Assembly: GCA_958454115.1 (NCBI GenBank) | Contig: CAUEAK010000004.1 | Coordinates: forward strand, 19,235 to 83,234 | DNA: 64,000 nt | From: Blautia wexlerae | GTDB lineage: Bacteria; Bacillota; Clostridia; Lachnospirales; Lachnospiraceae | Direction: 5' to 3' | Part shown: piece after piece, positions 1-10,480 of the stretch | Layout of the letters: each line of letters opens with the position of its first letter | Numbering within the stretch: position 1 is the stretch's first letter | Notes under the pieces: model-generated | Told to the model about the DNA's origin: nothing | Databases searched by the model: none | Seen by the model: only the letters and a program-made list of their open reading frames with translations | Position numbers and translations under genes: made by a program

Positions 1-1
1 T

Positions 2-442
2 GCTGAGTCGATCATTGCTTATCTGTTGAAAAGATGCGAAGAGGATCAGGGGCTTGCTGAAGATGTGATGCAGGAGGGAAAGACCTGGAACAAGTGCTTT
101 AACTATATTGTCGAACAGGCTAGGAAGCAGTCGAATGGCAGAAGTACAGCAGTTGAAGACCGAGTTGTGTATGAATGGGCCGAGGATTATTACCACAAGT
201 ATGAAAAACCGGAAACCGCCAAAAAGGAAAAAGGCAAAAAGCCTGCGACAACAAAAAAGACAGAAGCACCAGCTAAAAAAGTCACAGAAATCAAGAAAGA
301 CATTCAGGAAACAAAGGATGATTCCAAGGTTTCTGAAAAGCCAGAGAAAAAAGATGCTGCTTCCAAGCAGCAGAAAACTGAAAAAACAAGTACAAAAAGC
401 AGCGGCCTGAACGGTCAGATGTCACTGTTCGATCTTCTATAG
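2..442 (+). CDS. PcfK-like phage protein, 5'-truncated by the window edge
   Basis: Frame is open from position 2 (AESIIAYLLKRCEED...). VYEWAEDYY motif, Lys-rich tail ending GQMSLFDLL, directly upstream of a PcfJ-like gene. Confidence 0.6.
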   Translation, partial: AESIIAYLLKRCEEDQGLAEDVMQEGKTWNKCFNYIVEQARKQSNGRSTAVEDRVVYEWAEDYYHKYEKPETAKKEKGKKPATTKKTEAPAKKVTEIKKDIQETKDDSKVSEKPEKKDAASKQQKTEKTSTKSSGLNGQMSLFDLL

Positions 443-453
443 GAGGCCGCCAC

Positions 454-2616
454 ATGGAAAAGAGAAAATTAGCACAGATTCCAAGAGAAGAAGCCACAGA
501 CGAAATGGTCAGGTTTGCCGAAAGAGCTGCGGGCACGCATATTGTTACAACAAGAGACATAGAAAAAGATCTTTTGATGATGACATTCTATCCCATTGAT
601 AAACTGAAGAAAGGAGAAAAGAGCGCTCAGTTAAGAACATTTTTTTCCAAGAATGATTACATATCACAGGATCTGACTGCTGAAAGGGTGAAATGGCTGA
701 CTGCAGCTTTTGATCGGATGGAATGTATTCACCTGTATGAATATCACTGGGATAGAGATAAGGGGAACAGATATACCCCGAACATGTTTTTCTGGACGGA
801 TGCAGACATTGATCGTATGCGTGGATTTTTCAAAGAATGGAGTACAGAAAAAGATGTTAAAGACTGGACAGCTGTGACACGTTTTCAGGACATGGTCAAA
901 CAGCGGCGACTGGATGAAAAACATGCCAAGGAGACAAATCCTATTGATACAGTCATGGGAACAGTCAAGGAAATTCCGGAAGACTTCAAGAAATGGGTAT
1001 CGGAAAAAGTGATGTCATTCAGCAGATATCTGGTTTACTCAACAAGATCAAAGAATGAGGCTCTGGTGCATTGCACTCATTGCAATGGGGTGACACTGAT
1101 AGACAGAACAAAAATTCGATTGAGAAATAATGAAAAAGGGACATGCCCCCTTTGCGGAAGCCAGGTCACTATCAAGGCCAGGGGACGGATGCCGGCACAT
1201 ATATGGGACAAAAGGATAGTTTCATTCATTGAACCAAGAGAAGAGGGGTTTCTGTGGCGATATTTCTCGGTCCATAGAGAGGTGAAACAGGATGGAAAAA
1301 CGAATGACAGTCTGCTTGAAATCGTAAGGACGTTTTACAAATTTGCACCGAACGGAACGCCATGCACCAGCAGTTATGAATACAGAGAGTATAAACAGAC
1401 TGGTATTGTGCGGTGGTGTACAGATGAAGGGTACAGAGAAAGGTCATACTGCGCCTTATATCCGGGAAACCTGCCGGAAGCATGGAAAGATACTCCAATG
1501 AAATATTCAGCACTGGAGATTTTGTCAGAGAATAGACCGAGCGAACAGATACATTATGCCAATGCTATTTACAGATATCAGGAGTTTCCACAGCTTGAAT
1601 GGTTTATAAAAATGGGTCTGTATAAACTGGCCGCGCATCTGATCAATAAGATTCATGACGGGGCATTTGAATATAATAGCCGGAATGGAATCAGGGGACT
1701 CAGAAAAAACGGAAAAACAATATTTGAAATACTCGGGCTCACGAAGGAGAACACACGAATCCTGCAGTCTATTGATGGGAACATTGATGAATTGAGGCTA
1801 TTGCAGGAAACGCAAAGCTCCGGATACAACCTGAAAGCGGAAGAATTGGAACGGTTCTATAAACTCTTTGGATGCAATACAACGCTGATACGGAAAGAAA
1901 ACAGACATTCAACGATTCATAAGATCTGCAGATATATCGAGCGCGAAGGTTCCGATTATCGTGTAGGGAAGAATGGCCATTGCTGGCGATATTCCTATAT
2001 GCAACACAAAGAAAGGCCGGATATCCGAGAAGAGCGCCTACAAAACTGCGCTAAAGATTGGCTTGATTATCTGAACTGGTGCAAAGAACTGAAATATGAT
2101 CTCACCAATATGTTCTTCTATTTTCCGAAGAATTTCAAGAAAGTTCATGATCGGACAGCAGCTGAATACCAAGCATTACAGGATAAAAGAGCCGCAGAAG
2201 AGAAACGCCGTGAGGAAGAACGGATAAAACAGGAAGCAGAGGTCATGAAAAAAATTCTGAATGAAATGCTTAAAGAGAATGCTGGTACAGATAATGCTTT
2301 TCTGATAAGAGGAAAAGGATTGATATTGAGAGTGCCAAGAGATGCACAGGAAATCAAGAATGAAGGAGCTGCCCTTCACCATTGTGTTGGAACTTACGTT
2401 GACCGAGTGGCCAAAGGGCAGACACACATCTTCTTTGTGCGCAGAGTAGAAGAACCTGATACACCATATTTCACAATGGAATATAACAAAGGTCGAGTGA
2501 TCCAGTGCAGGGGCAGTCACAACTGCGAGATGCCGTCATCAGTAAAAACTTTTGTAGCTGCATTCGAGAAACTGATGAAAGAACGAGAAGAAAAGATAGA
2601 AAGGAAGTGCGGGTAA
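454..2616 (+). CDS. PcfJ-domain protein
   Basis: 720 aa; C-terminal 'EIKNEGAALHHCVGTY...IFFVR...PYFTMEY...QCRG' PcfJ-type motif; CxxC zinc ribbon near the N-terminus. Confidence 0.8.
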   Translation: MEKRKLAQIPREEATDEMVRFAERAAGTHIVTTRDIEKDLLMMTFYPIDKLKKGEKSAQLRTFFSKNDYISQDLTAERVKWLTAAFDRMECIHLYEYHWDRDKGNRYTPNMFFWTDADIDRMRGFFKEWSTEKDVKDWTAVTRFQDMVKQRRLDEKHAKETNPIDTVMGTVKEIPEDFKKWVSEKVMSFSRYLVYSTRSKNEALVHCTHCNGVTLIDRTKIRLRNNEKGTCPLCGSQVTIKARGRMPAHIWDKRIVSFIEPREEGFLWRYFSVHREVKQDGKTNDSLLEIVRTFYKFAPNGTPCTSSYEYREYKQTGIVRWCTDEGYRERSYCALYPGNLPEAWKDTPMKYSALEILSENRPSEQIHYANAIYRYQEFPQLEWFIKMGLYKLAAHLINKIHDGAFEYNSRNGIRGLRKNGKTIFEILGLTKENTRILQSIDGNIDELRLLQETQSSGYNLKAEELERFYKLFGCNTTLIRKENRHSTIHKICRYIEREGSDYRVGKNGHCWRYSYMQHKERPDIREERLQNCAKDWLDYLNWCKELKYDLTNMFFYFPKNFKKVHDRTAAEYQALQDKRAAEEKRREEERIKQEAEVMKKILNEMLKENAGTDNAFLIRGKGLILRVPRDAQEIKNEGAALHHCVGTYVDRVAKGQTHIFFVRRVEEPDTPYFTMEYNKGRVIQCRGSHNCEMPSSVKTFVAAFEKLMKEREEKIERKCG

Positions 2617-2810
2617 TGGCTAAGCAGATCATAAGGAGCATTCGTAAAGGCTCGGTACAGTGGAATGAAGAAGACAGACTGCAGATGGTTTCAATGCTGG
2701 CGAAAGCAGGATATGCGGTTCAGATCGTAAGAAAAGAGATTCCAAGCAGTGAAACTAGAAAGACAACGCAGTATGAATATGTGATCGAATATGGAGAGAA
2801 GGTGGAGTAA
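2616..2810 (+). CDS. Hypothetical phage protein
   Basis: ATG at 2616 overlaps the upstream stop; translationally coupled. Confidence 0.6.
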   Translation: MAKQIIRSIRKGSVQWNEEDRLQMVSMLAKAGYAVQIVRKEIPSSETRKTTQYEYVIEYGEKVE

Positions 2811-3034
2811 TGAAAGCTATGAAGCCTATTTTCAGAACAAAACAGTATATCAAATACGGATTCGTAAAGATGGAACATGAGTATTGCTGTTGTCCTAAGT
2901 GCCGGAACATATTAAATGCAGGTCCGAATTATCAGCCAGAATTTTGCGACAGATGCGGACAGGCACTTGATTTCTCAAATACAGAATGGAAAGAAGATAG
3001 ACAGATCGGGTTCGTAGAGCCAGAAGCCGTGTAA
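2810..3034 (+). CDS. Small zinc-ribbon phage protein
   Basis: CPKC...FCDRCGQALD motif. Confidence 0.6.
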   Translation: MKAMKPIFRTKQYIKYGFVKMEHEYCCCPKCRNILNAGPNYQPEFCDRCGQALDFSNTEWKEDRQIGFVEPEAV

Positions 3035-3047
3035 GAAAGGAGATAGA

Positions 3048-3320
3048 ATGACTAAGAAAAGTTGTAGAAGAACAATGGATGAAAATAAAATCCACGAGAA
3101 AGCAGTAAAAATGAGAAAAAAGACAGATGAACAGCTGGTTCATTATGTGGAAGACAGAGTGGAGAAAGCCAGAAGTGAAGGGTTCAACGAAGGCAAGGCT
3201 TTAGCTAAAAATACAGCAAAGGAGTTTATTGTATTGCTTCAGCAGAATAAGATTCCGGGAATCGGAGCAGTAACGATCAATAAACTGGTGAAAGTGGCAG
3301 GTGAGCATGGATACTTATAA
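3048..3320 (+). CDS. Hypothetical phage protein
   Basis: RBS AAGGAG upstream; 90 aa ORF in operon. Confidence 0.55.
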   Translation: MTKKSCRRTMDENKIHEKAVKMRKKTDEQLVHYVEDRVEKARSEGFNEGKALAKNTAKEFIVLLQQNKIPGIGAVTINKLVKVAGEHGYL

Positions 3321-3858
3321 TCGTTCAATCAGAGGGCTTAAAAGCAGATCAAACGGCGAATATTTTGAAAGAATGATTATTGCAGCTTCCCGGTTCTATG
3401 AGGACCGGGGGATAGCTGTTATAGATAAAACCCCTGAAGCTTTTAAAGTGATCAAGCCGTATAACAGAGACAGAGGCCAGTTCATATGTTGTTTTACACA
3501 ACAGGCTCAACCGGATTTTAAAGGCGCCCTGATGGACTCTACAATGGTTCTGTTTGATGCGAAACATACAGATAAAGGCCAGATCAGTCGGAATGTTGTG
3601 ACAGAAGAGCAGGAGGAATGCTTTGAACGTTACATGAAGATGGGGGCCATGTGCTTCTTGGTAATATCCCTCGAATTCGAGGAGTTTTACAGGGTTCCAT
3701 GGATCGTATTCAGAGACATGAAAAAAATCTACGGACATAAGTATATGAATCGTGAGGAACTGGCGCCTTATAGAGTTAAATATAACAACGGAGTTGTGAA
3801 ATATCTGGACGGGATAACACTCCGGGAAAGGAACGAAGATGAAAGTACAGAAGTATGA
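3307..3858 (+). CDS. recU: RecU-family Holliday junction resolvase
   Basis: 'GEYFE...IDKTPE...PDFKG...FDAKHT' RecU motifs; ATG at 3307. Confidence 0.8.
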   Translation: MDTYNRSIRGLKSRSNGEYFERMIIAASRFYEDRGIAVIDKTPEAFKVIKPYNRDRGQFICCFTQQAQPDFKGALMDSTMVLFDAKHTDKGQISRNVVTEEQEECFERYMKMGAMCFLVISLEFEEFYRVPWIVFRDMKKIYGHKYMNREELAPYRVKYNNGVVKYLDGITLRERNEDESTEV

Positions 3859-4903
3859 GATTTCCAGAACTATTGATAAATTGAAAAGCATTGTGCAGAA
3901 GAACGACCAGTTTCCGGCATTAGGAGGCGTTCTGGTAAAGGACGGGTATTTAATCGCATCCAATACAGAAATGACCATGCAGCTCAAATTAGAGGCCTCT
4001 AAAGGCAGTTGTTTCATCATTCCTATGAAAGCCTTTGATGTAATTAAAAATCTTCCGGATGGCGAAGTGATTATTGATGCAGACGGCAAAAACATTGTTA
4101 CGATCAAGACAAAAGCTATAAAGAATAAATACCAGAGCTATCCTCCGGAAGAATTCAGTTTTGATATTACAGAAGATCTGGATGCCCCAGAAGTTGTGAT
4201 CAATGGCAAGAGGATGATGGAGGCAATTGGATATGTTATCTATGCAGCTGCAGACAGCAGTTCTGCAACACAGATGATGGGTGTGTACTTTGAAGGTGGA
4301 GAAAACAAGATTAAGTTGGTCGCACTTGACGGACATGTCGTAGCAGTTGATTCGATACCGACTGACGGTACCGCAGATATGAAGCTGATAGTGCCTAAAA
4401 CAGTGGCAAAGAAGCTTGTGTCAATGGGAATTATTGATGATGTTGCTGTTACATATACAAAAAATAGAGCGGTATTCAAATCAAAAGAATATACCATTTA
4501 CACGAGGTTAATAGAGGGTAAGTATTTTGATTACAATAGATTTTTCATGGCGGGAAAGATGAAAACTTATGTTTCCAGACCGGAATTAGTTGCGGCAATG
4601 ACCAGAGCAAAGATGTGTACGGAAGAAAAGAAACCTGCAGTCTTCGAAATGAACGAAGATCAGTTAAATATTCGCATTGCCGACAGACTTACGGATTATC
4701 AGGAAGAGGTGAAGCTTCAGGATCCGCTTCCTGAACCATTGAAAATTGGCTTCGATTCGAAGCTAGTTCTTGAAACACTGAAAGCATTCACTTGTGAAAA
4801 TATAGCTATGAATTTTTCAGGGCCTAAGATGCCGGCAGTTGTTGAAGCGGAAGACAGTGACATGAAAGCTATCGTGCTTCCAGTAATGATAAGAGAGGAA
4901 TAA
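3839..4903 (+). CDS. dnaN: Phage-encoded DNA polymerase III beta sliding clamp
   Basis: 354 aa; 'LVALDGHVVA', 'TRLIEGKYFDY', 'IGFDSKLVLE', C-terminal 'IVLPVM' match beta-clamp motifs. Confidence 0.85.
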   Translation: MKVQKYEISRTIDKLKSIVQKNDQFPALGGVLVKDGYLIASNTEMTMQLKLEASKGSCFIIPMKAFDVIKNLPDGEVIIDADGKNIVTIKTKAIKNKYQSYPPEEFSFDITEDLDAPEVVINGKRMMEAIGYVIYAAADSSSATQMMGVYFEGGENKIKLVALDGHVVAVDSIPTDGTADMKLIVPKTVAKKLVSMGIIDDVAVTYTKNRAVFKSKEYTIYTRLIEGKYFDYNRFFMAGKMKTYVSRPELVAAMTRAKMCTEEKKPAVFEMNEDQLNIRIADRLTDYQEEVKLQDPLPEPLKIGFDSKLVLETLKAFTCENIAMNFSGPKMPAVVEAEDSDMKAIVLPVMIREE

Positions 4904-5452
4904 AAACTATGATTGAGATCTTGGATATGAAAGATGTAAAAGATGCAACACCAGAAGAACTGGAAGAGCTTCGTCGGAAAGGATTCCTTCCGAAAACCAG
5001 CTCCAAAAGAATTTCCGGGAAACCACTTACTCCATATGAAAGAACCAGAGCACAGGTGACTGCTACCGGGAATAGATGGGCAATGGAGAACTTCTACGCC
5101 ACACACAGCTGAAAGGAGATATTCATGGGAATGTATCATAAGAACCATCTTGTTGGCCCTGGTTTTAAAAGACGGGCAAAACGTCAGACTTCGAAAGGGA
5201 TGAGAAGAGCTGCAAAGAAAAGTTGCAGAGAACATTTCGAGGATAGTATTACATTGACAAGGAAAAGCCATAATTTACATGGCATAGACTCATGGAAATT
5301 TAGTTGAGAGAAGAAAAAGATGGCGAATTTATATAATTTGTGCAGAAAGGATGGGACAGTGATGGAATACTCCATCACTGCATCCGACATAGCAAAGCGA
5401 ATTGGATGCGATCGACAGGATATGATCAAACAAGAATAGGATTCTTGAGAAT

Positions 5453-6163
5453 GTGTGGGAAATTATGAATGCAGAAGAAACAAAACGGTGGAAGGCGAAG
5501 CAGCTCCGCTATAAGAAGCCAATAGTCCGGGATTTGAACTTGGACAAGATACAAGAAGGCTTATGGAATATTATGGAAGAATGTGAAAACATTCGTTGGT
5601 ACACAGATTCTGATGATGGAAACGACTCTCTTATTAATGCTTTGGATGGAGATGAAGACGAAGCATATGAGTTTAAAATGGCGTTTGCAGATCTGTGTGC
5701 TGAATGTGAAAGAATGCAAGAGGATTTGCAGGAAGAGTGGATTCCGAATTGCTTTGATACATTTTTTGTGGCAGCAGGTGCAGGGGAAAACTTCGGGGGA
5801 CTACTTGGTTGGGACTCCTTTGAAGGAGATTATTTCGGAATTGACGGTACAGATGCTTGGGCTGAAGACGAAGCAAAGAAGAAATTGAAGACAATAACAA
5901 AGGACGAATTAATAGCAGCGGCCAGACAGTGCTTTAAGGTTTATCAGTCGTATATAGGGTTGCGGAGTCGCTACGATTCCTTGAAAGCGGCTATAGATAT
6001 CCTGAGAGATCAGAACACTGGATTTTTGCAAACTATTAAGGAAATTGAGCGATTGTATGAAACGGCAAGCAAAGAACAAGGTATAACTGCCAAATATAGT
6101 ACGGAGTGGAAAGAATTTGAAAGATATGCTGATGCGCTTCCACAAGAGGCTTGGATTCAGTAG
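5453..6163 (+). CDS. Hypothetical acidic phage protein
   Basis: 236-aa ORF in the early region. Confidence 0.6.
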   Translation: MWEIMNAEETKRWKAKQLRYKKPIVRDLNLDKIQEGLWNIMEECENIRWYTDSDDGNDSLINALDGDEDEAYEFKMAFADLCAECERMQEDLQEEWIPNCFDTFFVAAGAGENFGGLLGWDSFEGDYFGIDGTDAWAEDEAKKKLKTITKDELIAAARQCFKVYQSYIGLRSRYDSLKAAIDILRDQNTGFLQTIKEIERLYETASKEQGITAKYSTEWKEFERYADALPQEAWIQ

Positions 6164-6379
6164 AAAGGAGTAGCATGAAAGTATATAAAGCAGTTCATGG
6201 AAACGAAAACAAATGCAAGGAACTTCATAAAGAGATGAACCTGAATGTGGGGCCAACTCGTCTGGTTCAGCCGGATTTCTATTTACTGGTTGATGTTGAT
6301 GATATCCAGAGACAGATGAATGCTTTGGAAAATGAGGTTCACCGTATAAAAAGAGCAGAAGTGAGAAGGAGATGGCGTT

Positions 6380-6826
6380 ATGGAAGAAAAAAATATTAAG
6401 ATAACAATTAATGTTGAATGCTCGGAAAAATCTAGTGTAAAAAAAGAACAGATTGCTGGATATCTGCTGAGAGCTATTGCGGGAGTAACTGCAAACAATA
6501 AATGCCTTATTACAAATTATGTATGTGAAATAAATGAGAAAAATGATGATAAGTTACAGGAGAAATATATTACAGGAAAACCTAAACTTACAAAAGACGA
6601 AAAGAGTTTCCTTGACGGACTGGATCCTTCGTGGAGTTACATGCTGAGAAATGGAAAAGGGCAACTATATCTTGCCAGAAAAGTTGAGTCTATGTACGGA
6701 AGTAACTTCAAATATTTGTATTTAGAGGGCATAACAAATGCAAAGTTTGATTTTGTTGAAGCAGAAGGCGAAAGCTGGTTTATTGACGATTTGAGAAAAT
6801 TGGAGGTAAAAGATGAGGCTAATTGA
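6380..6826 (+). CDS. Hypothetical phage protein
   Basis: 148-aa ORF in operon. Confidence 0.55.
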   Translation: MEEKNIKITINVECSEKSSVKKEQIAGYLLRAIAGVTANNKCLITNYVCEINEKNDDKLQEKYITGKPKLTKDEKSFLDGLDPSWSYMLRNGKGQLYLARKVESMYGSNFKYLYLEGITNAKFDFVEAEGESWFIDDLRKLEVKDEAN

Positions 6827-7271
6827 TATGGAATCGATTCCTATGATTCGCCACTATTGAAAATAACAGTCTAAAAAATATGTCCAAAAGCATATAAGGA
6901 GAAATGAAAAAATGTTGAAAATAATACGATGCGAAGGAAATGGGGAATGCAGTTGCAAAAAATGCGACGATAAAGGCATTCGGAACAGGTACGGGATGAG
7001 CTCTTTATACAAAATAGAGGGGCAGGAAGGTTACTACTGTGAGGAATGCATAAAAGAAATTATAAGAAAGGAGGAACGAGAATGGTTGTATATGCAGAAA
7101 ATGATAAATAGGCATCTGCTGCGAGGGGCAGGATTCTTTCCAACGCAAATGTAGTGATATGGAACAGTTGGAAGATAGAAGCGTGTTGTCAAGACCAGTA
7201 GGGTGGTCTAAAGCATATGAAATTATAGTGCTGAAAGATGCAATCGAGATCGTGAAAGGCGGTAGGGTTGA

Positions 7272-7541
7272 ATGAAATATCCGGAAGAAATGTATATTGA
7301 TAGTCAGATATTTGCAGGTGATATGGATGGTTCGGAATCAAATCTGACAGAAAAAATCGTAAAGATAAGATATCCCCATTCGTGTTGCATATGCGAAAAA
7401 CATATACCTAAAGGTGAAAAAATGTTAAATCAAAAAGCGATAGTAGAAGGACAAGGTTGGTGCAGTTGCTATATTTGCATCCCATGTGTTGAAAATTGGT
7501 TAGAAGAATCAGGACAAGTAGAGGATGGTGGAGTTGAATGA
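7272..7541 (+). CDS. Small Cys-containing phage protein
   Basis: CCIC and CIPC pairs; stop overlaps the YopX start. Confidence 0.55.
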   Translation: MKYPEEMYIDSQIFAGDMDGSESNLTEKIVKIRYPHSCCICEKHIPKGEKMLNQKAIVEGQGWCSCYICIPCVENWLEESGQVEDGGVE

Positions 7542-8020
7542 GAGAGATTCTTTTCAAGGGAAAGAAAAAAGATAACGGTGAATGGATAGAGGGATACCTG
7601 TTGGATGGTGGAATGCTGGGAGAAAAGCGAATATTCATAGGGAAATTGGTAATAGGCAAATGGACCGTTATGGCGGATGAATTTGACGAAGTTGATCCGG
7701 ATACAATATGCGAGTACACAGGATTAACAGATAAGAACGGCAAGAAAATCTTGGAGAATGATATTTTGATGTGTCATGGAAATTCAGAAGACCTTGTAAA
7801 AACGGTATTTGGAGAATTTGGTGTAAGAAATATTGAAACCGGGTCCATGGTAGATAAAGTTGTCGGATGGCATTATGAGATTATTCCGACAGATGCAATC
7901 AGCAGATGTGAACCATTCTGCTATTCAATGCCACTGACCAAAGATTATATCGACAGGTGCGAAATGGAAGTAGTTGGAAGCATTTTTGACAATCCAGAAT
8001 TAGTGCAAGGAAGCTTATGA
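7538..8020 (+). CDS. YopX-family phage protein
   Basis: 'MREILFKGK...EYTGLTDKNGKKILENDIL...EVVGSIFDNPEL' YopX signature. Confidence 0.85.
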   Translation: MREILFKGKKKDNGEWIEGYLLDGGMLGEKRIFIGKLVIGKWTVMADEFDEVDPDTICEYTGLTDKNGKKILENDILMCHGNSEDLVKTVFGEFGVRNIETGSMVDKVVGWHYEIIPTDAISRCEPFCYSMPLTKDYIDRCEMEVVGSIFDNPELVQGSL

Positions 8021-8258
8021 GCCGAGATGATTATGCTTTTCACTGCGCAGGATGCCGTTGTAATCATTGTGCAAACAATGTGGAAACAGGAGATAACTGT
8101 GCAGGGGAAGCGATAAAAGCCTGCTTCGTCTGTGACGAATGTAATTGGTATGATGGGAACTTTAAAAATAGAGATATGACATGTAGGCAGTGCGAAGATT
8201 ATATTGTAACAAATCAACATGCTGAGTATTTAAGAAAAAGGATAAAGGTGATAAAAAG

Positions 8259-8594
8259 ATGAAAAAACAGTGGAATTATGTTGAAAAAGACGGAAACCCG
8301 AAAAAGGCAGGGCTGTACTGGGTGACGCTTATTTATCCAGAGAGAAAAGATGGTAAAAAGACAGGAAAATTTATGGCTGAGGTTGATACCAGATATTTCG
8401 CAGATTTGGACAAAGAGCCAGATTTAAGAGGCTTGACCATGGACGGAGAACCAGATAGCGGTTTCGCATGGACAGAAGAATGCGGAAGTATTTCAGGAGA
8501 AAGAGTGCATGCTTGGATGCCTATGGAAGATATTAGAATTGCTGAGTTGCCGGAGGGAGTTGAAAACCGAAATTTTGAATCTATGGAGGTATAA
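8259..8594 (+). CDS. Hypothetical phage protein
   Basis: 'VHAWMP' motif typical of small DUF551-like phage proteins. Confidence 0.5.
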   Translation: MKKQWNYVEKDGNPKKAGLYWVTLIYPERKDGKKTGKFMAEVDTRYFADLDKEPDLRGLTMDGEPDSGFAWTEECGSISGERVHAWMPMEDIRIAELPEGVENRNFESMEV

Positions 8595-8596
8595 GC

Positions 8597-9148
8597 GTGA
8601 CAAGAGCAGAAACAACCAAGTTCCTTGGACAGTTGCTTATAAGTACCCGGTTTAACGGCGCTGGGAAGCACTGGGCCAGCGAGGTAAGTATTGATCCGTG
8701 GGGAAGAGACGCGAAAAGAGTTGATTACATGCAGTTTTCACCAGCTAACCAGTGCTCTATATCCGGGATAGAAAAAGGCATATTTACATGTTATGAGGTA
8801 AAAAGCTGCAAAGAGGATGTTTATAGTGGGAACGGTCTCAACTTCCTGGGTGAGAAAAACTATATTGTAACCACTATGGAGTGTTACAAGGATATTTTAC
8901 CGGACTTTCGGAGTGGGAAACTTGCTAAGCATATGCGTGATCAGTTTCCGGAATCCTCCAATTATTTTGGAGTGATGGTTGCAATACCATACTGGGCAGA
9001 AATTACAGATGAATTCGAGAATCCTACACCGATAGATGGAAACACAGAGAGGAGTTGGAAGCTGGCGGCTATTTTATCATGCAGGCAGGGACCAAGAAAG
9101 AGATCTATGTCGGAATTATTATTTTGTATGTTGCGGAGCGGTCATTAA
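8597..9148 (+). CDS. Putative PD-(D/E)xK nuclease-fold protein
   Basis: 'EV...RVDYMQF...CYEVKSCKEDV' resembles a PD-(D/E)xK catalytic arrangement; GTG start after GGAGGT. Confidence 0.45.
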   Translation: MTRAETTKFLGQLLISTRFNGAGKHWASEVSIDPWGRDAKRVDYMQFSPANQCSISGIEKGIFTCYEVKSCKEDVYSGNGLNFLGEKNYIVTTMECYKDILPDFRSGKLAKHMRDQFPESSNYFGVMVAIPYWAEITDEFENPTPIDGNTERSWKLAAILSCRQGPRKRSMSELLFCMLRSGH

Positions 9149-9161
9149 GGAGGATGAAGAA

Positions 9162-9476
9162 ATGAAAAAATTTAAAGAAAAACGCATGGCAAGTTATGTG
9201 CTCAGAAGCAATGAACTGATTCAGGAAGGCAAAACAAAAGAAGCTGCAGAGCTATTTGGAAAAGGCTTAGGTTATTATAGTTCAAACATTATTCATGCCA
9301 TTACGCCTTATGCAACCGCGGATGCAGGACTTATATCTACTGTTTTACGTCATTTAGCATCAGAAATCGAAGAAAAGAATCCTGGGGCAAAAGAAATGCG
9401 AGAATGGGCAGAAACTCATGTCGAAAAGCCGGAACTCAAAGAGATAAAGAGAATTAAGAAACCTAATTGTAAATAA
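9162..9476 (+). CDS. Hypothetical phage protein
   Basis: RBS AAGGAGG, ATG at 9162. Confidence 0.55.
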   Translation: MKKFKEKRMASYVLRSNELIQEGKTKEAAELFGKGLGYYSSNIIHAITPYATADAGLISTVLRHLASEIEEKNPGAKEMREWAETHVEKPELKEIKRIKKPNCK

Positions 9477-9551
9477 GAAAAATATTCGATTGGAGTGAAA
9501 AGATGTTTGATATCGAAAAGGCAAGAGAAAAAAAGGAGAGGAGTAAAATAA

Positions 9552-9905
9552 ATGAAGGAAGTTATATTTTACTTATGTGGAATCTTTAGCTGTATGATCA
9601 TATGGTTCTTGTGGGCTATTATAGCCTATAAAAAGGCCAAAGAAGCCCCTTTGAAAGAGTATGCAAGGATTCATATTGATATCGAAAAAGCTATCAGAGA
9701 GAACGAAGAACAGATAGTGATAGCTAAAAAATATCAGCTCATTGAAGACCAGGTGATTGACCAGATGATTCTCCAGTGGAAGATAGAGTATCTGCAGAGC
9801 CAGAGAGAATGGTTATTTACATTACTTGGCGGAAAGATGGAGGATTCTCATGTACAGCAAATGCCAGAAATGTGGGAGAAAATTGACGGATCCGGAAAGC
9901 ATTGA
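9552..9905 (+). CDS. Hypothetical protein with N-terminal transmembrane helix
   Basis: Hydrophobic N-terminus then predicted coiled coil. Confidence 0.5.
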   Translation: MKEVIFYLCGIFSCMIIWFLWAIIAYKKAKEAPLKEYARIHIDIEKAIRENEEQIVIAKKYQLIEDQVIDQMILQWKIEYLQSQREWLFTLLGGKMEDSHVQQMPEMWEKIDGSGKH

Positions 9906-10053
9906 AAGAGGATATGGTCCGGAATGCTGGGGAAGTATCTTGCCTCATTATTCTATTGAACAGGAGGGACCGGAAGAATCTATTCCGGGCCAAATGACTA
10001 TAGAAGATTTCTTGGGAGGTTTAAAAAATGGAGGAGAAAAGGATATGTCCTGA
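9850..10053 (+). CDS. DUF6011-like zinc-finger protein
   Basis: 'CQKCGRKLTDPESIERGYGPEC' motif. Confidence 0.7.
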   Translation: MYSKCQKCGRKLTDPESIERGYGPECWGSILPHYSIEQEGPEESIPGQMTIEDFLGGLKNGGEKDMS

Positions 10054-10480
10054 ATGTGGGAAAGAGTATAGTTCTCGCCCGGCATTATCAAGAAAAGACA
10101 ACAAAACAATGATATGTCCTAAATGCGGGATGATGGAAGCACTTGATACAGTGCGAGATTTCTACGCTCCGGGAATGACAGATCAGCACTGGAAGCAATA
10201 TAAAGAGGAGTACATGCTTAAATATATAAAGGAGAATTGATATGGATAAAAGTTTATATAATGCAAGCGGATGTAAGGACAGAACAGCACATGATGCGAT
10301 CTGTGCAGCGGATAGAACCCGAACATTAGTGTACAGGGCAAGCAGGACAAAAAAGGATGAGGAAGCAGAACTGTTTGTGAAGATGGTAAAGAGACTTGCC
10401 AGAGGTTTTGGATTCAAACTCTGTGACAGAATCAAATTCGAGGATCCTGAGACTGGAAAGAAATATGTGTGAGGTGGAGC

